Below are positions 16,209 through 18,899 of a DNA stretch of 18,899 bases, in pieces. The position numbers and the translations under genes are program-made. Origin of the DNA: Spirochaetia bacterium (GTDB taxonomy: Bacteria; Spirochaetota; Spirochaetia; SZUA-6; Bin103); the NCBI GenBank assembly GCA_965203905.1, contig CBDBDQ010000002.1:1-18899 (forward strand), in the 5' to 3' direction. Positions within the stretch are counted from its first letter, which is position 1; every line of letters begins with the position of its first letter. The notes beneath the pieces were generated by a model. The model was not told the DNA's origin and searched no databases. It saw only the letters and a program-made list of their open reading frames with translations.

Positions 16209-16451
16209 GTGAACACCACCATGAATGTGTCGCTGCCCGCCTCGCTCAAGTCCTTTGTGGACGAGCAGGTTACCGGGCACGGCTATGGGACCTGCAGCGA
16301 ATATGTCCGTGCCCTGATCCGCCGGGATCAGGAACGCCAGCATCTGCGCAGGCTGCTGCTCGAAGGTGCCGAATCCGCCGTGTCGCAGCCGGTGGACGCG
16401 GCCTACTTCGATGACCTGCGCGACCGCGTGCGCTCGCGTTCTCGCGGGTGA
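16209..16451 (+). CDS. parD: ParD-family ribbon-helix-helix antitoxin
   Basis: TMNVSLPASLKSFVDEQV..GYGTCSEYVRALIRRDQERQHLRRLLLEGAES; start GTG 16209 or ATG 16221. Confidence 0.92.
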   Translation: MNTTMNVSLPASLKSFVDEQVTGHGYGTCSEYVRALIRRDQERQHLRRLLLEGAESAVSQPVDAAYFDDLRDRVRSRSRG

Positions 16452-16765
16452 CAGGCAAGTCGATAGTTCCGCGGGCGAGGGCTGTTCGCGATGTCGACGA
16501 AGCGCTCGCTTACTACCTGCGCGAAGGAGAAGCGCAAGCCGCGCTCGGTTTCATCGACGAACTGGAAAGAGCCTACGGCCACATTGCGCAGTATCCGGCT
16601 GCGGGCTCGTTGCGGTATGCGTGGGAGTTGGATGTGCCGGGACTGCGCTCCTGGCCACTGCAGCGCTACCCGTACCTGGTCTTCTACCGCGAGCACGAAG
16701 ACCGCATCGACGTCTGGCGCGTGCTGCACGGCCAGCGCGACATCGCCGCCTGGATGCGTGAGTGA
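16448..16765 (+). CDS. parE: RelE/ParE-family toxin
   Basis: RAVRDVDEALAYY..IAQYPAAGS..LRSWPLQRYPYLVFY..RVLHGQRDI; 4-nt GTGA overlap with parD. Confidence 0.92.
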   Translation: MTGKSIVPRARAVRDVDEALAYYLREGEAQAALGFIDELERAYGHIAQYPAAGSLRYAWELDVPGLRSWPLQRYPYLVFYREHEDRIDVWRVLHGQRDIAAWMRE

Positions 16766-16777
16766 CGGTGCCGCCGT

Positions 16778-18208
16778 TCAGCGGGAGAGCAGGGCCGCGA
16801 CCGCTGCCTCCCCGCGGCGGATGGCGCTCTCGTAGGGGGTCTGGCGGCGCGAGTCGCGCGCCGCGAGGTCGGCGCCCGCATCCAGCAGTGCGGCGACGAC
16901 AAGATCGAGCTGGTCGATGTCGTCGCGCAGGTGGTGCAGGGGCGAGCCGCCATCCGGCAGGATGGCGGTGGCGAAGCCGGGATGTTGCGCCAGGTACCGC
17001 CGTAGCGCCTCGACCCTGCCGAAGGAGACGAGGTCGAGCCCGTCGCGGCAACTGTCGAGCAGGTAGTCCCGCATCGCGGCGTTGCCGGCGTGGTTGGCCC
17101 ACCCGGCCGGCGTCGACCCGTGGTTGGCGTCTCGCAACGGGCGTGCGCCGTGCGCGACCAGGACCTCGGCGGCCGCGCGCCGGTCGTTCCAGGCGGCCTG
17201 ATGCAGGGCGGTGGTCCCGTCCTCGGCGGTGGCATTCGGATCCGCGCCGAGGCCGAGCAGACACCGTACGGCGGCGACGTTGCCCAGGGAAGCGGCCGCG
17301 TGCAGCGTACCGGGATCGGCCAGGGCGTCGGGGGCATGCTCCAGCGCCGCGCGGGCGGCGGCCTCGTCACCGCTCATGCAGGCGGCCCGGAAACGGTTCT
17401 CCGGGCTCAACTCGACCGGCTCGGCACCGGCGCGCACCAGCATCTCGGCGATCTCGCCGAAGCCGTTCAGCAGCGCGTTTTCGTGGTGACTGCGCCCATC
17501 GTAGTAGTTGGCGCCGCGCGGATCGGCGCCATGCCGGAGCAGCAGCGCGGCCCGCTCGGTGAATCCCTTGACCACCGCGTGGCCGAGCATGAAGTCGAGT
17601 GTCCCGATCGGATTGTCGGTCTTCCAGTTGACCCGGTCGGCGGCGCTGAGGCCCCGGTCGAGCAGGAGCTTCAGCCAGCGGTTGTCGGGCCGAAAGATCG
17701 TATTGTAGAGCCCCTGCGCATCGTTGGGATCCGCGCCGGCGTCGAGCAGCAGGGTCGCCAGCTCCCCGGCATGGGCGTGCGGCGGCTGGCTGACGATGCC
17801 GCCTTCTCCTTCGCCCATCGCACCGGTGAGGGCGGTGAAGCGGTAGGTGCCGTCCCACATGAAGTGCGCGTTCGGGTCGGCTCCGTGCTCCAACAGCAAC
17901 CGGCCGGTGGCGACGGCGTCGGCCTCGGGAAGCTGCTCGGTGACCCGCGAGTAGCAGAGGTAGAGCAACGGTTGCCATTTGCGCGGCCCGCCGGCCGCAG
18001 ACGCCCGGCGCGGATCCTCGCCCAGGAGCCGCCGCAGCGCCTCGACGCTCGCGGTGGCGGCGGCCGTATGGGCGTCGGCCGCCGCCAGCGCCGGCCGCGC
18101 CGTTAACATCTGCCGCGCCCGGTCGACGCGCTCCGTCGAGTCGTTGCCGTACGTCAGACACGCGAGGTCGAGAAACTGCTCCACCTCACCGTTTCGTTGC
18201 TTAAACAT
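16778..18208 (-). CDS. Ankyrin repeat domain-containing protein
   Basis: Repeated LLLxxGADPN units, TLHAAASLGNVAAVRCLL, GTTALHQAA, GGSPLHH, QTPYESA; SD GAGGA. Confidence 0.92.
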   Translation of the reverse strand: MFKQRNGEVEQFLDLACLTYGNDSTERVDRARQMLTARPALAAADAHTAAATASVEALRRLLGEDPRRASAAGGPRKWQPLLYLCYSRVTEQLPEADAVATGRLLLEHGADPNAHFMWDGTYRFTALTGAMGEGEGGIVSQPPHAHAGELATLLLDAGADPNDAQGLYNTIFRPDNRWLKLLLDRGLSAADRVNWKTDNPIGTLDFMLGHAVVKGFTERAALLLRHGADPRGANYYDGRSHHENALLNGFGEIAEMLVRAGAEPVELSPENRFRAACMSGDEAAARAALEHAPDALADPGTLHAAASLGNVAAVRCLLGLGADPNATAEDGTTALHQAAWNDRRAAAEVLVAHGARPLRDANHGSTPAGWANHAGNAAMRDYLLDSCRDGLDLVSFGRVEALRRYLAQHPGFATAILPDGGSPLHHLRDDIDQLDLVVAALLDAGADLAARDSRRQTPYESAIRRGEAAVAALLSR

Positions 18209-18235
18209 CAGGATTCCTCTTATACCATGCGTCCC

Positions 18236-18899
18236 TCACGCCGGTACGGCGGCGTCGAACGCCTCGGCCAGGGCGGCCACGGTGGGGTAGCGGGCAGCGG
18301 GATCGGGCGCGCACGCAGTCTCCGTGACCGCCTGCACCGAGTCGGCGCGGTCACTCCGTGACGGCGCATGGGGCAGTACACGGCGACCGCTATTGTCGGA
18401 CCAGTCGTCGAGGAAGATCGCCGCGGTTCGGCCCAGGGTGAACACCGTCGTTCGCTCGTCGATGACTTGGCCCTTCTCGAACTCCTCGGGTGCCATGAAT
18501 CGGGTGGAACCGGGCATCCGGCCTACGGTGTTGCGATAGGGCCCGGAGCGATAGTGGTCGAGGTCGCATACCCGCAAGGTTCCGGCGTCGAAGTCGTAGA
18601 TCAGGCAGCCGTCGTAGAAGTCGCCCGCCACCCACCCGCGGCCGGTGAGCGCCAGGTGCAGATCGATGATCGACCGGACCGCGGCGATACGCACCGCGGG
18701 CGGCAGCGATCGGAACCTTCGCGCAGCGCTGTCCGGGGTGCTCCGCAGGGGGCCTGGAACGTACAGATTCTCGCCCTCCACCCACCGATACACCAGCATG
18801 CGGCCCCAGGCGGACTCGATCGACGTAACGAACTGCGTCAGGGCGGAGGTGCGAGACGCTGCGGGCCAGCCGCTCGGCGTTCTCAAGCCGTGCGACGCG
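18236..18899 (-). CDS. Ser/Thr protein kinase-like protein, 5' end beyond the window, probable frameshift at about 18847
   Basis: LVYRWVEGENL (hinge), VAGDFYDGCLIY (catalytic loop), CDLDHY (DFG position), GSTRFMAPEE, PAARYPTV. Confidence 0.8.
   Translation of the reverse strand, partial: ASHGLRTPSGWPAASRTSALTQFVTSIESAWGRMLVYRWVEGENLYVPGPLRSTPDSAARRFRSLPPAVRIAAVRSIIDLHLALTGRGWVAGDFYDGCLIYDFDAGTLRVCDLDHYRSGPYRNTVGRMPGSTRFMAPEEFEKGQVIDERTTVFTLGRTAAIFLDDWSDNSGRRVLPHAPSRSDRADSVQAVTETACAPDPAARYPTVAALAEAFDAAVPA

Noticed and set aside
1-18899. tRNA, rRNA, integrase or IS elements
   Set aside because: No cloverleaf, rRNA-like tract, DDE or tyrosine recombinase motifs seen; intergenic gaps are short.

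Overview
High-GC bacterial chromosomal segment, possibly from a spirochaete-like or host-associated organism (inference from the trxB subtype, the binding-protein N-terminus and the ankyrin gene). In order: the end of a lower-GC sugar ABC operon (binding protein plus two permeases, minus strand, running off the left edge); a CE4 polysaccharide deacetylase; a type IV AbiEi/AbiEii toxin-antitoxin pair whose toxin is frameshifted; a divergent orphan HicB, with three copies of one operator-like palindrome between the two; a sodA-trxB pair; a plus-strand cluster of three GH32-like glycosidases around a second sugar ABC transporter; a ParDE pair; an ankyrin-repeat gene; and a probably frameshifted Ser/Thr kinase-like gene at the right edge. 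The best leads are (i) a riboswitch-like three-way-junction leader with an anti-SD segment upstream of sodA, (ii) three GH32-like enzymes carrying Glu, Asp and Ser at the acid/base position, and (iii) the triple palindrome array between abiE and hicB. All family calls come from reading motifs by eye; no searches were run.
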